NCBI GenBank assembly: GCA_049317285.1
Contig: JBMOIO010000002.1
Location: 15,312 to 79,311, forward strand
Direction: 5' to 3'
DNA length: 64,000 nt
Source: Minisyncoccia bacterium
GTDB taxonomy: Bacteria > Patescibacteriota > Minisyncoccia > Phycocordibacterales > UBA9973
Both the position numbers and the translations under genes were made by a program. Positions 1 to 10,673 of the stretch are shown in pieces. The number at the start of each line of letters is the position of its first letter. Positions within the stretch are counted from its first letter, which is position 1. A model generated the notes under the pieces. The model had not been told where the DNA came from, made no database searches, and worked only from the letters and a program-made list of their open reading frames with translations.

Positions 1-25
1 TAATAGCAACAGTATAGCATTTAAT

Positions 26-54
26 AACAAAGACCGGCATGGCCGGTCTTTGTT
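26..54 (-). terminator. Hairpin terminator after fusA
   Basis: AACAAAGACCGGC-atg-GCCGGTCTTTGTT 13-bp perfect stem directly after the fusA stop. Confidence 0.75.
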
Positions 55-59
55 GTGTA

Positions 60-2201
60 CTATTTGCGAGACTCGATGATTGTTGTCGCAACGTTTTGCG
101 GAACAATGTCGTAGCGGAGGAATTCCATCGTAAACGATGCTCGTCCTTCTGTCATGGAGCGAAGGGTTGTCATATATCCGAACATTTCTGAAAGAGGAAC
201 AATCGCGTTGACCACCTGGTTCATACCGCGTGATTCCATTCCTTCGATGATTCCACGGCGAGAAGACATAGAGCCAGTCACATCACCAAAGAATTTTTCA
301 GGAGTTACCACTTCTACCTTCATCATCGGTTCGAGGATCACCGGCTTTGCAGCGTTTGCAGCGTCCGTGATTGCCATTGAAGCTGCGATTTTGAAGGCCA
401 TTTCGTTTGAGTCGACTTCGTGGTAGCTACCGTCGTAGAGTTCAACAGAAACATTTTCCATTTTGAAGCCGGCCAAAATACCGCGGTCCAAGCCTTCCTT
501 GAATCCTTTTTCAATTGGTGGAATGTATTCGCCAGGGATTGCTCCACCTTTAATGGTGTTCACGATTTCAAGCGTACCAATGCGCTTCACATTTTTTGGA
601 AGGTCTTTTGGATCTACTGACTGATCAAGCGGCTTGATCTTGATTTTTACGTGTCCGTAGTTACCCTTACCACCAGACTGTTTGATGTACTTCCCTTCAG
701 CCTGTGCTTCTGCAGTAATCGTTTCGCGGTATGCCACCTGTGGCTTCCCTACGTTTGCTTCCACATTGAACTCGCGCTTCATGCGGTCAACGATGATTTC
801 AAGGTGAAGTTCGCCCATACCGGCGATGATTGTTTCTTCTGTTTCAGGATCGGTCGACACTTTGAAGGTCGGGTCTTCCTGAGCAAGACGGTTGAGCGCA
901 AGGCCCATTTTTTCCTGGTCGGCCTTTGTCTTTGGCTCGATGCGAAGGTTGATCACCGGTTCTGGGAAGGTGATGCGGTCGAGGAGGATTGGTGTCTTTT
1001 CGTCACAGAGCGTGTCGGAAGTGTTTGTTTCCTTCAGACCTACTGCAGCAGCGATTTCTCCTGCAAACACTTTCTTCACTTCTTCGCGCTGATCAGCCTG
1101 CATGCGAACAATACGGCTCATGCGCTCTTTGTTTCCTGTGCGCGGGTTGTATACATACGAGCCTGCTTCAAGCGTCCCTGAGTACACACGGAAGAACACG
1201 AGCTGTCCGACGAACGGGTCAGACATGGACTTAAACGCAAGTGCTGCAAACGGCGCCTTGTCGTCGGCCGGGCAGAGCACTTCTTCGTCAGTGTCAGGAT
1301 TAGTTGCAGACACCGCTTTGATATCGGTAGGGGCTGGAAGGTAGTCAACAACAGCGTCGAGGACAAGCTGAACGCCTTTGTTTTTGAGTGCTGAACCTGC
1401 GTAGACTGGGAAGATATCGTTTGCGATCACCGCTTTGCGGAGAAGCTTCTTGAGTTCTTCGTATGAAGGTTCGTTTCCTTCGAGGTATGCATTCATCATT
1501 GCTTCGTCGTTCTCCACGATGCGCTCAACAAATTCTGCATGGTACTTCTTTGCATCCTCCATCATGTTTTCAGGGATGTCTTTTTCAATCACCTTATTTC
1601 CCATTTCACCTTCGAAGTAAAATGCTTTCATTTTCAAAAGGTCCACTACCCCTTCGTGGTTTTCTTCGAGACCAATCGGAAGCTGTGCGCGCACCGCTTT
1701 CTTTGAAAGACGGTCAAGAATCGTTTTGTATGAGTGCTCAAATGAGGCCCCAGTACGGTCAAGCTTGTTCACAAAACAAATACGAGGAACGTTGGCTTCG
1801 TCAGCATAGCGCCAGTTGGTTTCAGATTGCGGTTCTACACCAGCAACACCGTCAAAGACCACAACAGCGCCGTCGAGTACGCGAAGTGAGCGCTTTACTT
1901 CAACAGTAAAGTCGATGTGTCCTGGAGTATCAATAACATTGAATCGGAAACGAGCGTCTTTTGAGCCGTTTGCGTAGGTAGGGATCCAAGTACAAGACAC
2001 TGCAGCTGCAGTAATAGTGATACCGCGCTCGCGTTCTTGCTCCATCCAGTCAGTAGTGGTTTCACCGTCGTGCACTTCCCCAATCTTGTGGCTCTGCCCT
2101 GTATAGTAGAGCACGCGTTCTGAAGTCGTGGTTTTGCCGGCATCAATGTGTGCGATGATACCGAAGTTTCTTGTTTTTTCGAGTGAATATTCTCGTTCCA
2201 T
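60..2201 (-). CDS. fusA: Elongation factor G
   Basis: AHIDAGKTT, RGITI, DTPGH, NKLD and GMGELHLEI motifs; 713 aa. Confidence 0.99.
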   Translation of the reverse strand: MEREYSLEKTRNFGIIAHIDAGKTTTSERVLYYTGQSHKIGEVHDGETTTDWMEQERERGITITAAAVSCTWIPTYANGSKDARFRFNVIDTPGHIDFTVEVKRSLRVLDGAVVVFDGVAGVEPQSETNWRYADEANVPRICFVNKLDRTGASFEHSYKTILDRLSKKAVRAQLPIGLEENHEGVVDLLKMKAFYFEGEMGNKVIEKDIPENMMEDAKKYHAEFVERIVENDEAMMNAYLEGNEPSYEELKKLLRKAVIANDIFPVYAGSALKNKGVQLVLDAVVDYLPAPTDIKAVSATNPDTDEEVLCPADDKAPFAALAFKSMSDPFVGQLVFFRVYSGTLEAGSYVYNPRTGNKERMSRIVRMQADQREEVKKVFAGEIAAAVGLKETNTSDTLCDEKTPILLDRITFPEPVINLRIEPKTKADQEKMGLALNRLAQEDPTFKVSTDPETEETIIAGMGELHLEIIVDRMKREFNVEANVGKPQVAYRETITAEAQAEGKYIKQSGGKGNYGHVKIKIKPLDQSVDPKDLPKNVKRIGTLEIVNTIKGGAIPGEYIPPIEKGFKEGLDRGILAGFKMENVSVELYDGSYHEVDSNEMAFKIAASMAITDAANAAKPVILEPMMKVEVVTPEKFFGDVTGSMSSRRGIIEGMESRGMNQVVNAIVPLSEMFGYMTTLRSMTEGRASFTMEFLRYDIVPQNVATTIIESRK

Positions 2202-2589
2202 ATATATTGTGTGTATTTGTTGTGCTAATGCTTACTTATCCCGATAAATAGAGTGTGCATACTATACCGAGAGATGGCTTTTTTCGCAATAGCAAAGACA
2301 TAATTTACCGAAAACAAAAAAACCCACCTGCAATCACTGCTGGTGGGTTTAGCATAAGTTGTACAACTAAAGAATGAGATAATCCCCTTGTTAACCTTTA
2401 ATTAAAACGAGGGCTAATCTTATTTTATTATACCATATATGAAATAAAAAAGCAACCATTTCTAGCTGCTTTTTGTTTTGAGTATAAAAGGATTACCAAG
2501 CAAAGTACGGATTCTCCACTATATAAATAAGACCTGCATACTCCATTTCGCAACTGGAAAAACAAAATCCCCTGACGGGGACTTGGTTT

Positions 2590-3060
2590 TTACCAGGCGA
2601 AATGGGCAAATGCTTTGTTGGATTCTGCCATTTTGTGGGTGTCCTTTCGCTTTTTCACTGCATTTCCTTCACCTTTTGCAGCGAGCATGAGCTCGTCGGC
2701 GAGTGCAACCGCGGTCTTCACACCCTTGCGGGCTCTTGCTGAATCGATGATCCATCGCATTGCGAGAGCATTTCGGCGCTCAGTGCGAACTTCGCGAGGA
2801 ACCTGGTAGTTTGCTCCACCAATACGGCGTGAGCGAACTTCCACCAAGGGACCAGCATTTTTCATTGCTGTTTCAAAGGTTTCGAGTGGGTCTTCTACTG
2901 CCTCCTTTTCCTTGATGATAGCCATTGCGCCATAGACCACAGTGCGAGCCGTGTTTTTCTTGCCGTCTTGCATAATGCAGTTAATAAACTTCTCGAGTCT
3001 CTCTGAAGAGTACTTGATGTCAGGCTTTACGATATTTCGATTTGTTACTTTTCTTCGCAT
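2590..3060 (-). CDS. rpsG: 30S ribosomal protein S7
   Basis: VEVRSRRIGGANYQVP and HKMAESNKAFAHF motifs; follows rpsL. Confidence 0.98.
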   Translation of the reverse strand: MRRKVTNRNIVKPDIKYSSERLEKFINCIMQDGKKNTARTVVYGAMAIIKEKEAVEDPLETFETAMKNAGPLVEVRSRRIGGANYQVPREVRTERRNALAMRWIIDSARARKGVKTAVALADELMLAAKGEGNAVKKRKDTHKMAESNKAFAHFAW

Positions 3061-3069
3061 AATACTAGT

Positions 3070-3492
3070 TTATTTCTTTGCTGCCTTAGGAAGCTTGGTA
3101 CCATAGAGTGAGCGACTCTTTCGGCGCTTTTCAATACCCTGAGTGTCTAAGACACCGCGTACTACGTGATAGCGCACACCGATCAAGTCCTTTACGCGGC
3201 CTCCGCGAATCATCACCACTGAGTGTTCCTGAAGGTTGTGCCCTTCGCCGGGGATGTAACCGGTCACTTCCTGACCGTTCGTAAGGCGAATACGCGCAAT
3301 TTTTCGAATCGCAGAGTTCGGCTTCTTTGGAGTAGTAGTGGTCACTTTTGTACAAACCCCACGCTTAAACGGAGACGGATAAAATACCGGCTTGTTGTGG
3401 ATGTGGTTCATACCGCGCGACAAAGCAATCGCTTTTGGCTTGCGACGGACATTTACGCGGGGTCGTTTGATAAGTTGACTGATTCGAGCCAT
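3070..3492 (-). CDS. rpsL: 30S ribosomal protein S12
   Basis: [15 protein letters not shown] and [13 protein letters not shown] motifs. Confidence 0.99.
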   Translation of the reverse strand: MARISQLIKRPRVNVRRKPKAIALSRGMNHIHNKPVFYPSPFKRGVCTKVTTTTPKKPNSAIRKIARIRLTNGQEVTGYIPGEGHNLQEHSVVMIRGGRVKDLIGVRYHVVRGVLDTQGIEKRRKSRSLYGTKLPKAAKK

Positions 3493-3531
3493 GTCCGAGC
3501 ATGGTACTACAGGTAGGAAAAAGAATCAAGC

Positions 3532-5496
3532 CTATACGCTGAAACGCTTTCGAAAGAGGCCTGCGCGGGCAGAAAATGGAGCTGTGACAGAACTCGCCCC
3601 CTGCCCCAAAGGTGCACCAGGGTCGGAAACAACTGCGTAAAATACCCCATCAGGCACTGTGAGATACGCTCGCCCAAAAACTGAAGAAAGTGCTTTGGTT
3701 ACTAGGGTATTTGTCTCCTTTTCAAATACAGCAATAAGCTTGCCCGCCACAGGGAGTTCGGCAGTTTTCTCTAAAAATACGCTTGCATAGGAACCAAACA
3801 CTCCTACCCCTCGAAGCACAGCAATAACAACATAGGTAGCACATACTACAAGAGAGAGAAGGCTTGGGAAGAAGATTACATACAACACTGAAGCTAACAA
3901 TCCTATACCAAAAATCAAAAAGGCTACATTGGTGAGCACTACCTCATGGTAGAGCAAGAATTCTTTGATAGGCGTTATACGAGGAGCTGTTACTGCGCCG
4001 CCTTGGACCGGAACATCAAAGGGTTGTGTCGGTTGGTTGTCGCGAATAAGCATCGGCTGACCACTATAGATACTCTCCGAGAGAAGCGGTGCTGCCGATA
4101 CAAGACCGAGCGTAGTATTTTGCGCATCAACCCGGATAGTATACGCACCGTCCGGAACTACTGCACTAAAAGATCCATCGCTTTGTGTGATAACCGTTGC
4201 TGCCACTGCACCGTATGCATTGACCAGTGTCACATGTCCGAGCGCAATCGGCTGATGGGTCACACTGTCATAAACTACTCCCCACGGCTTAACAGCAGGG
4301 GTAATCCCTAGCACAACAAGGAGATTCTGCCATAAGAGGTACGGGAAGAGTAATAACTCTTCTACCCCCGCAATAGGCACAAAAATAAACAAGAGGAGTG
4401 CAAGTGCGACAATAATAGTAAGTCCGACCACTGCAAGACTAAAAAGAATGTTTTGTATAAACGGATTTGTCATCAGTTCAGCAAGCGCGCGGTTCATTGT
4501 ATCGAAAAGCTCTTGCAACCATTGGATAACATGGCGCAAAAATTCAACTATTTGGTCGCGTGCTTCGGGGAGCTCTATCGTGACAATATCGGTAACGGTA
4601 TTGATAATTGGTGTAATAATAGGAATAACGACTGATTCTGGTGTGAAGTCTGGTTCTGATGGCTCAGATTGCCCAGTTTCTGGGGTAGGAGTAGCGGGTC
4701 TAGTAGGTCGTACTGTACCTGGAACTGCAGGAGTAGTAGGGGTTGTCGGTGTCACCGGCAGAGTCTCAAGAGGTGTTGGTACTACTGGCCAATCCTCGTA
4801 ACGATATTCTCCACTTCCTCCATAAATACATTGGGGGTCATCCCTATCAATAAAGCCATCTCCATCATCATCAATACCATTAGTACACTGTGTAAGTGTT
4901 TCGTCAGGATCATCATCGTCATCAGTACGATGGCGCGATGGAAGATAGTCTGTCTGTACGCAGTTTGCAAGAACAGTACAGTTAAACTCAATCCACCCAA
5001 AGTTCTCGCTCCATGCATAGCCGAGATCACCACCATTAACACCGCGGAAGTATCCATCCCCGTCAATTTGCACCTGCGGCACACTACTGTTATTAAATGG
5101 TCCGAAGTTAATCCAACCAGTATTTTCACCCCACGCATAGCCTGAGAGCGTACCTTCTCCTGAAATATCTACGCGAAAGTTTCCATTTGTGGAACTACAA
5201 CCACTTGATGTATCACTACAATTCATGACTATATACCCCGCGAGAGCACCCCATGCATACCCAGAGAGCCCTTCATCGGTAACTCGTATTCCATAGGCGT
5301 CTTGGGTCGTAAATTTTCCAAAGTTTATTCGAGTGTCGCTACTCGTACTCCCAACATCTGGCAAGTTGTAAAGATTAACCAAATAATTTCCACTGTTACG
5401 CGGATCAATCGTACCGTTTATATCTGATGCATAAGCACTCCATCCAATAAATAGTACTGAGAGAATTATAAAGGAGAATGCGAAGCGCAATTTCAT
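3532..5496 (-). CDS. Membrane-anchored surface protein with GYAWxxNxGWIxF repeats, an acidic DxDxDG motif, a Pro/Thr linker and a carboxypeptidase-regulatory-like domain
   Basis: Signal peptide MKLRFAFS..., three GYAW repeats, CTNGIDDDGDGFIDRDDPQC, several TM helices, PWGVVYDS; start chosen at the ATG 6 nt after TATAAT. Confidence 0.75.
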   Translation of the reverse strand: MKLRFAFSFIILSVLFIGWSAYASDINGTIDPRNSGNYLVNLYNLPDVGSTSSDTRINFGKFTTQDAYGIRVTDEGLSGYAWGALAGYIVMNCSDTSSGCSSTNGNFRVDISGEGTLSGYAWGENTGWINFGPFNNSSVPQVQIDGDGYFRGVNGGDLGYAWSENFGWIEFNCTVLANCVQTDYLPSRHRTDDDDDPDETLTQCTNGIDDDGDGFIDRDDPQCIYGGSGEYRYEDWPVVPTPLETLPVTPTTPTTPAVPGTVRPTRPATPTPETGQSEPSEPDFTPESVVIPIITPIINTVTDIVTIELPEARDQIVEFLRHVIQWLQELFDTMNRALAELMTNPFIQNILFSLAVVGLTIIVALALLLFIFVPIAGVEELLLFPYLLWQNLLVVLGITPAVKPWGVVYDSVTHQPIALGHVTLVNAYGAVAATVITQSDGSFSAVVPDGAYTIRVDAQNTTLGLVSAAPLLSESIYSGQPMLIRDNQPTQPFDVPVQGGAVTAPRITPIKEFLLYHEVVLTNVAFLIFGIGLLASVLYVIFFPSLLSLVVCATYVVIAVLRGVGVFGSYASVFLEKTAELPVAGKLIAVFEKETNTLVTKALSSVFGRAYLTVPDGVFYAVVSDPGAPLGQGASSVTAPFSARAGLFRKRFSV

Positions 5497-5503
5497 GCTC
5501 GTA

Positions 5504-6127
5504 TTATAACGCAATACCGGTAAGAAGTGAATACAGCGTAAAGGCAAATGGTACTACTAACTTCCATCCGAATAATATAAAGAGTATCAACAGGGGTAGA
5601 CTAAACTCTTCGAGCTTCTGCATGAACGGTTGTGTGCGCCATGGCAATACACAAGAAAGAAATCGAAAGCCGTCGAGTGGGGCAAGTGGAATACTATTAA
5701 AGAGTGCGAGAATAATATTAATAAGAACAATAATGCTCGCAACATCAATCACTGCAATCGAAGTGTATCCAGTGGCGAGCATCACGCGGATCAAAAGACC
5801 AAACACAATTGCAACCAATAAGTTCACAATGATTCCGGCAACTGAGACCTTTGCTTCACTCACGCGCCCCTCGCGAAGATTGTTTGCGTCATACGGCACC
5901 GGCTTTGCCCAGCCGACAACAAATCCAGCATTGGTAAGAATCAGTGCAAGCGGCAAAATCACTGAACCGAGCCAATCAATGTGCTTCAGCGGATTGAGTG
6001 TGATACGGCCCAAGAGGCGCGCGGTCGGGTCGCCTTCGCGCTCTGCCATAAGACCATGGGCGACTTCGTGCACGATAATACTTGCGATCAAAATAAGGAA
6101 GTAAAATATAGAAAGCGGGCCTTGCAT
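5504..6127 (-). CDS. Site-2 protease (M50 family)
   Basis: HEVAH zinc motif, GDPTA, FNSIPLAPLDG. Confidence 0.93.
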   Translation of the reverse strand: MQGPLSIFYFLILIASIIVHEVAHGLMAEREGDPTARLLGRITLNPLKHIDWLGSVILPLALILTNAGFVVGWAKPVPYDANNLREGRVSEAKVSVAGIIVNLLVAIVFGLLIRVMLATGYTSIAVIDVASIIVLINIILALFNSIPLAPLDGFRFLSCVLPWRTQPFMQKLEEFSLPLLILFILFGWKLVVPFAFTLYSLLTGIAL

Positions 6128-6191
6128 GGCACCAGTATACATCAAAAGAGGAGTTGCATATCCCCATACCCTATGGTACTATCTCTCCACT

Positions 6192-6437
6192 ATGGCAAAA
6201 GAATGCATCATCACAGGCAAGAGCTCCCAGATGGGCGGAAAATACGCGAACCGCACTCGTGCGACCGTGTTTACCCCGACCGGCAACCACCGCAAGTATG
6301 CAAACCTCCAAAAGAAGCGTGTATACGTGCCTGAAATCGACAAGACCCTCACCCTTACTGTTTCTACTAAAGGCCTCCGTACAATCCAAAAAAACGGTGC
6401 ATACAACGCACTCAAAACAGCTGGAGTCCTCAAATAA
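6192..6437 (+). CDS. rpmB: 50S ribosomal protein L28
   Basis: MAKECIITGK...NLQKKRVY...VSTKGLRTI. Confidence 0.92.
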   Translation: MAKECIITGKSSQMGGKYANRTRATVFTPTGNHRKYANLQKKRVYVPEIDKTLTLTVSTKGLRTIQKNGAYNALKTAGVLK

Positions 6438-6455
6438 TTGAAGAAGTAGCACAAC

Positions 6456-6482
6456 AAAAGACCGCGATTAACGCGGTCTTTT
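6456..6482 (+). terminator. Intrinsic terminator after rpmB
   Basis: AAAAGACCGCG-attaa-CGCGGTCTTTT. Confidence 0.75.
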
Positions 6483-6956
6483 CCATTTTGCCTTTTCTAT
6501 TATATTTTTTTCCATCCACGAGAATTAGGGTGTCTGATTTTATCCGTAGAAAACTGTACGCCGTACAATTTCGCGGAAGGAGTGATTTCTCCGTCAGCAT
6601 TCGTTGCAAATAATTTTCTCCGATGTGAGTTGGTGGAGAACTTTTGTCTTGATTTTCCGTTCATAACCGTAGTATTTTTTTGAAATTATACCCCCAGTAG
6701 TTGATTTGTCAACGAAGAGAAGTCGTGATAGAGTGGGAGCAAATCCCAGACAGTATGAAAATAAAAATTACCCCCTGGAGAGTATTCCTTTCTTCTACAG
6801 TCGTCTCATTTGTTATTGCTTGCTTTACTGTTAAAAAGAAAGAGGTAAGTGTATCGGAACGGTACGTGATTCATCCTATGGGTAACCATGAGGAACCTCA
6901 TACCGAGAGCATGTTCATTTAAGCCTACTCCTTCTCACTAAGGGAAGGAGTGCTTT

Positions 6957-7820
6957 TTATTTCTGCCCCCATTTTATTCCATCAGTCATAAGTGTCACGG
7001 TCCCCTTCTCCTGAGTGCTTATAAAAGGGATGCCAAATTGCTTCAATCGATCTGTTACTTCTTTTGCGGGGTGCCCATAGCGATTAGCAACTCCGGCTGA
7101 AACAAGCCCAAGAATAGGACTTGTCGCCTTAAGAAATTCTGCACTCGTTGAAGTTTTTGAGCCGTGATGCCCAAGCTTCAAAATATCAACATCTACTGAC
7201 GCTTTGTCTCCGACCGAAAGAAAGTGTTCAATGGAGGCAGGAGCATCTCCTGTCAACAGCATACTTGTATTCCCCATCTGCAGTCTCCCGACAATCGATG
7301 CGCTGTTCGTCTCCCAAAAGGTTGTAGCTCTATCGGGAAAGAGTATCTCAAATGATGTCTGTACGCTTGAGTCATTATCAAGCGCGATAGTCATACCCCG
7401 ACGAGCGTAATATGCCGGAATATTTCTTTTTTCCAATTCTGAAAAAAGGGCGCGAAACTGGTCCGTATCGGTCAAAACATTGGAAGTAAGAAACACTCCG
7501 ACACTGTACCGAGAAAGCACGAGCGGAAGTCCTCCAATATGGTCGGCATCAGGGTGAGTCGCAATGACAACATCAATAGTTCTATCCCCCTTCGGCATCA
7601 CGCGCGCAAGCTCTGAGAGGACACTCGCGTCCTTGCCTCCATCAACGAGTATCTGCTTGCCGTTTTTTGCTTGTATCAAAAAACTGTCGCCCTGCCCTAC
7701 ATTGAGCATATACACCTTTGCTAATCCATCGCCCTTTTTCGGAAGTATAAGAATACAATAAAGACCTATGCCCAAAGTGATCAGTGTCATTAGGAGAAGA
7801 GTCTGAGATTTGCGGTCCAT
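6957..7820 (-). CDS. ComEC-type metallo-beta-lactamase fold protein (stand-alone C-terminal domain)
   Basis: NVGQGDS, THPDADHIGG, LLTGD, HHGSKTS and NRYGHP motifs. Confidence 0.92.
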   Translation of the reverse strand: MDRKSQTLLLMTLITLGIGLYCILILPKKGDGLAKVYMLNVGQGDSFLIQAKNGKQILVDGGKDASVLSELARVMPKGDRTIDVVIATHPDADHIGGLPLVLSRYSVGVFLTSNVLTDTDQFRALFSELEKRNIPAYYARRGMTIALDNDSSVQTSFEILFPDRATTFWETNSASIVGRLQMGNTSMLLTGDAPASIEHFLSVGDKASVDVDILKLGHHGSKTSTSAEFLKATSPILGLVSAGVANRYGHPAKEVTDRLKQFGIPFISTQEKGTVTLMTDGIKWGQK

Positions 7821-7865
7821 ACTCCATCAGTATAGTATGTATACATAAAATAATTTTTAATCTTT

Positions 7866-8447
7866 ATGTATACAGAACAGACATTTACTACCCCCTCTTT
7901 TGCAAGCCTTACTTCAAACACAATCGAAGAGCACAAGAAGCTCTATGCGGGCTATGTAAAAAACGCAAACCTTGTCCTTGAAAAATTACACTCCTATAAA
8001 GGTGATGAATCAAAGGCGTATGAGACCGCTGAGCTGTACCGTCAATTTTCGTTTGAATTCAATGGCATGCGAAACCACGAATGCTATTTCAAACTACTTG
8101 AAGGTAAAAGTGAGCTCGCTTCTGATAGTGCACTTCTCAACGCCATCAGCGCTCAGTGGGGAGATATGCAGGCATTTAAGGACACATTCCTCACTCTCGC
8201 GCTTACTCGCGGTATCGGCTGGGCAATGCTCTCATACGATAAAACGGCAAAAAATTTGGTACTGCACTGGGTGGATGAACAACACCTTGGACAACTCCAG
8301 GGTACGACAGCGATCATCGCACTTGATATGTGGGAGCACTCCTATGTTGCCGACTATCAACCATCCGGGAAAAAGCAGTATATAGCAGACTTCATTGAGA
8401 ATATGAACTGGGCTCTGGCCGAAGCGTTTTTTTCACACGCGCAATAA
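7866..8447 (+). CDS. sod: Fe/Mn superoxide dismutase
   Basis: HKKLYAGYV, NGMRNHECYF and DMWEHSY ligand motifs. Confidence 0.92.
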   Translation: MYTEQTFTTPSFASLTSNTIEEHKKLYAGYVKNANLVLEKLHSYKGDESKAYETAELYRQFSFEFNGMRNHECYFKLLEGKSELASDSALLNAISAQWGDMQAFKDTFLTLALTRGIGWAMLSYDKTAKNLVLHWVDEQHLGQLQGTTAIIALDMWEHSYVADYQPSGKKQYIADFIENMNWALAEAFFSHAQ

Positions 8448-9858
8448 ATTCTGCAACCTCTCTCTTAAAGAGCAGGGCGAAAAAAATGATATATATCGCT
8501 ACAACACCCCATGCCGGAAGGCCCGGGGTGTTGTACGTTGGAAGTGCTGAGAGTAATTCGAGCGCTCGAATAACGATTGTTCCTAAAAACGAAAGTACCG
8601 CACCCAGCACACTTGCAAGAGGGCCCAAAAAGGAACTAATAAGAACCATGCTCCCAAACAGCATGACAGCAGGCGTCGCAACGCCAAGGAGAATATTTGC
8701 CGGCACCGCCGAAAGTGGGGCTGTGCCTGCAAAATACATGAGGTAGGGCAACATGAACACCGGCATCAAGACTGCGAGCATCGTAAGTTCGCGAACATTT
8801 ATATACAGAGTTTTTGGAATAAAGAAAAACAGTGTTTCAACTTTTGGTATGACAGTAATCATACACAGCGTTGCAAGAAATGAGAGATGAAAGCCAGGGT
8901 CATAAAAGAGTGTCGTCGGCGACCAAAAGAAAAATACAATAAAGCTAATAAAAAGGGCGCGAAATGCATTGTATTGTTGCAGTGACAGTGTTGCCAACAG
9001 TGCAATAGACCCCATCACTCCTGCCCGAATTGATGCGACCCCCGCCCCACTAACAAGCACAAGAAAAACGATTGCAAAAAATATCAGTACCATGCGCAAG
9101 CGATTTGGGACACCGCGAAGCATCGCTCCGACACACCCCGCCAAGAGGGTGATGTTGTACCCCGAAAGCACGAGGACATGAAGCACTCCTGTCGTGCGGA
9201 ATAGTTCTTCTGTTTCTTTTGGAATACCACCTTGGTATCCAAGGAGCATCCCTGCTGTTATACCGTCTATAGGAAATGAAACGAAACGCGTAAACACCTC
9301 AGCCAAAACATATCGAGTCTGCGTTGCAAATCGTTCTATACTAAAACTTCCACTCCACACAAGGGTGACATCACTTTTATACGTCACCGCCATAATACCT
9401 TTGCTTTCCAGATACTTTTTATACTCAAAAAGCCGACCCGTGTCAGTGACAAAATCTTCAGGGTGCTCCACAATACCTTTGATGCTCACTGTATCCCCCG
9501 GCAAGAGCAAGAGTGTTTCGTACACGGTGACCTGTATTCGCTTGTTAAACAATTCATCGCGCACCACTACACTGGTGCGGTCGAGTTCTTTATTAATTGA
9601 AAGCACGGTTGCTTCAACTACGCGACTTCCGAACATCTCTGGTTGCACCACCGCTTGCCGGCTCCATACCACCAATGCTCCAGTGACACAGAACACTATC
9701 ACTGCGCTTCCTGCAACCACCCCTCTTTTATTTAATACCCAGCACCACACGCACAACCCAAGAACCATACTGACAAGTACTGTATGAAAAAGTGAAAGTC
9801 CCAACACATGGAACACTACTGCACCAATAGTAATAAAACATACGGCGAGCTCTACCAT
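8392..9858 (-). CDS. comEC: ComEC/Rec2 competence membrane protein
   Basis: TGVLHVLVLSGYN, SIRAGVMG and GFHLSFLAT motifs; many TM helices. Confidence 0.93.
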   Translation of the reverse strand: MVELAVCFITIGAVVFHVLGLSLFHTVLVSMVLGLCVWCWVLNKRGVVAGSAVIVFCVTGALVVWSRQAVVQPEMFGSRVVEATVLSINKELDRTSVVVRDELFNKRIQVTVYETLLLLPGDTVSIKGIVEHPEDFVTDTGRLFEYKKYLESKGIMAVTYKSDVTLVWSGSFSIERFATQTRYVLAEVFTRFVSFPIDGITAGMLLGYQGGIPKETEELFRTTGVLHVLVLSGYNITLLAGCVGAMLRGVPNRLRMVLIFFAIVFLVLVSGAGVASIRAGVMGSIALLATLSLQQYNAFRALFISFIVFFFWSPTTLFYDPGFHLSFLATLCMITVIPKVETLFFFIPKTLYINVRELTMLAVLMPVFMLPYLMYFAGTAPLSAVPANILLGVATPAVMLFGSMVLISSFLGPLASVLGAVLSFLGTIVIRALELLSALPTYNTPGLPAWGVVAIYIIFFALLFKREVAEFIARVKKTLRPEPSSYSQ

Positions 9859-9897
9859 AGGTTCACCGTACCAAAATCGATATTAAATTTTCCTCAA

Positions 9898-10629
9898 CTA
9901 GAGAAGGCTTGCAAGTGTATAGTCTTGAATGAGACCAGTCTCCTCGCCTTTTGAAAACACCTTTTTATACTTGGCGCCTTTTTTTCCTTTGACACGAGCT
10001 TCGCACTCGGCCCATGTTTTGTCCGCATATACCTTTCCACCAACAGAAGAGACGTACGAATACGCGGGACCTGTCTCTTTTTTTGTCCCCGGTTTTTTTG
10101 CAGGCTTTTGCACTGACTTTGGCGGAGTATCCATAAGTTGCTGTTCGTATGCTTTCAGAGTTCCGCTAAAAATCGTATGACTGTTTTTCAGTGCGGCTGC
10201 AACTGCAAGCTCGTCGCACCGGTCATTGTATTGGTGCCCGCTATGCCCTTCCACTTTTATAAGTTCAAGTTTTTTTCCAAAGTGATCACGAAGCTCCAAT
10301 AGCGCCTGCCACTGACTTTTGTTTTCAACCGGTTTTTTAGTGGCAGTGAGCCAGCCATTTCTTTTCCATCCGTCGAGCCAACTCTTGAGACCCTTCAAGA
10401 CATAGGTTGAGTCGGCATGCACCAACACTGTCGCATCGGGAAAGTGCTTCTGTACATATTCCAACCCTTTCTCAACTGCCATCAATTCCATTTGGTTATT
10501 GGTCGCAGGGGTAACATTGCCAGCAAGTTCAACCGCCTTTGTATCAGTCATCACTATTGCCGCCCACCCGCCTGGCCCTGGGTTTCCGCGCGACGCGCCG
10601 TCAGTATAAATCGTTACCGTGTTTTTCAT
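9898..10629 (-). CDS. rnhA: Ribonuclease HI with a C-terminal hybrid-binding (viroplasmin-like) domain
   Basis: YTDGASRGNPGPGG, TNNQMEL, DSTYV, GHSG..NDRCDELA; C-terminal TWAECEARVKG..AKYKK. Confidence 0.93.
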   Translation of the reverse strand: MKNTVTIYTDGASRGNPGPGGWAAIVMTDTKAVELAGNVTPATNNQMELMAVEKGLEYVQKHFPDATVLVHADSTYVLKGLKSWLDGWKRNGWLTATKKPVENKSQWQALLELRDHFGKKLELIKVEGHSGHQYNDRCDELAVAAALKNSHTIFSGTLKAYEQQLMDTPPKSVQKPAKKPGTKKETGPAYSYVSSVGGKVYADKTWAECEARVKGKKGAKYKKVFSKGEETGLIQDYTLASLL

Positions 10630-10673
10630 GCCTGTAGTATAGCAAATAAAAAAGGCAGACTTACTGCCTTAAT

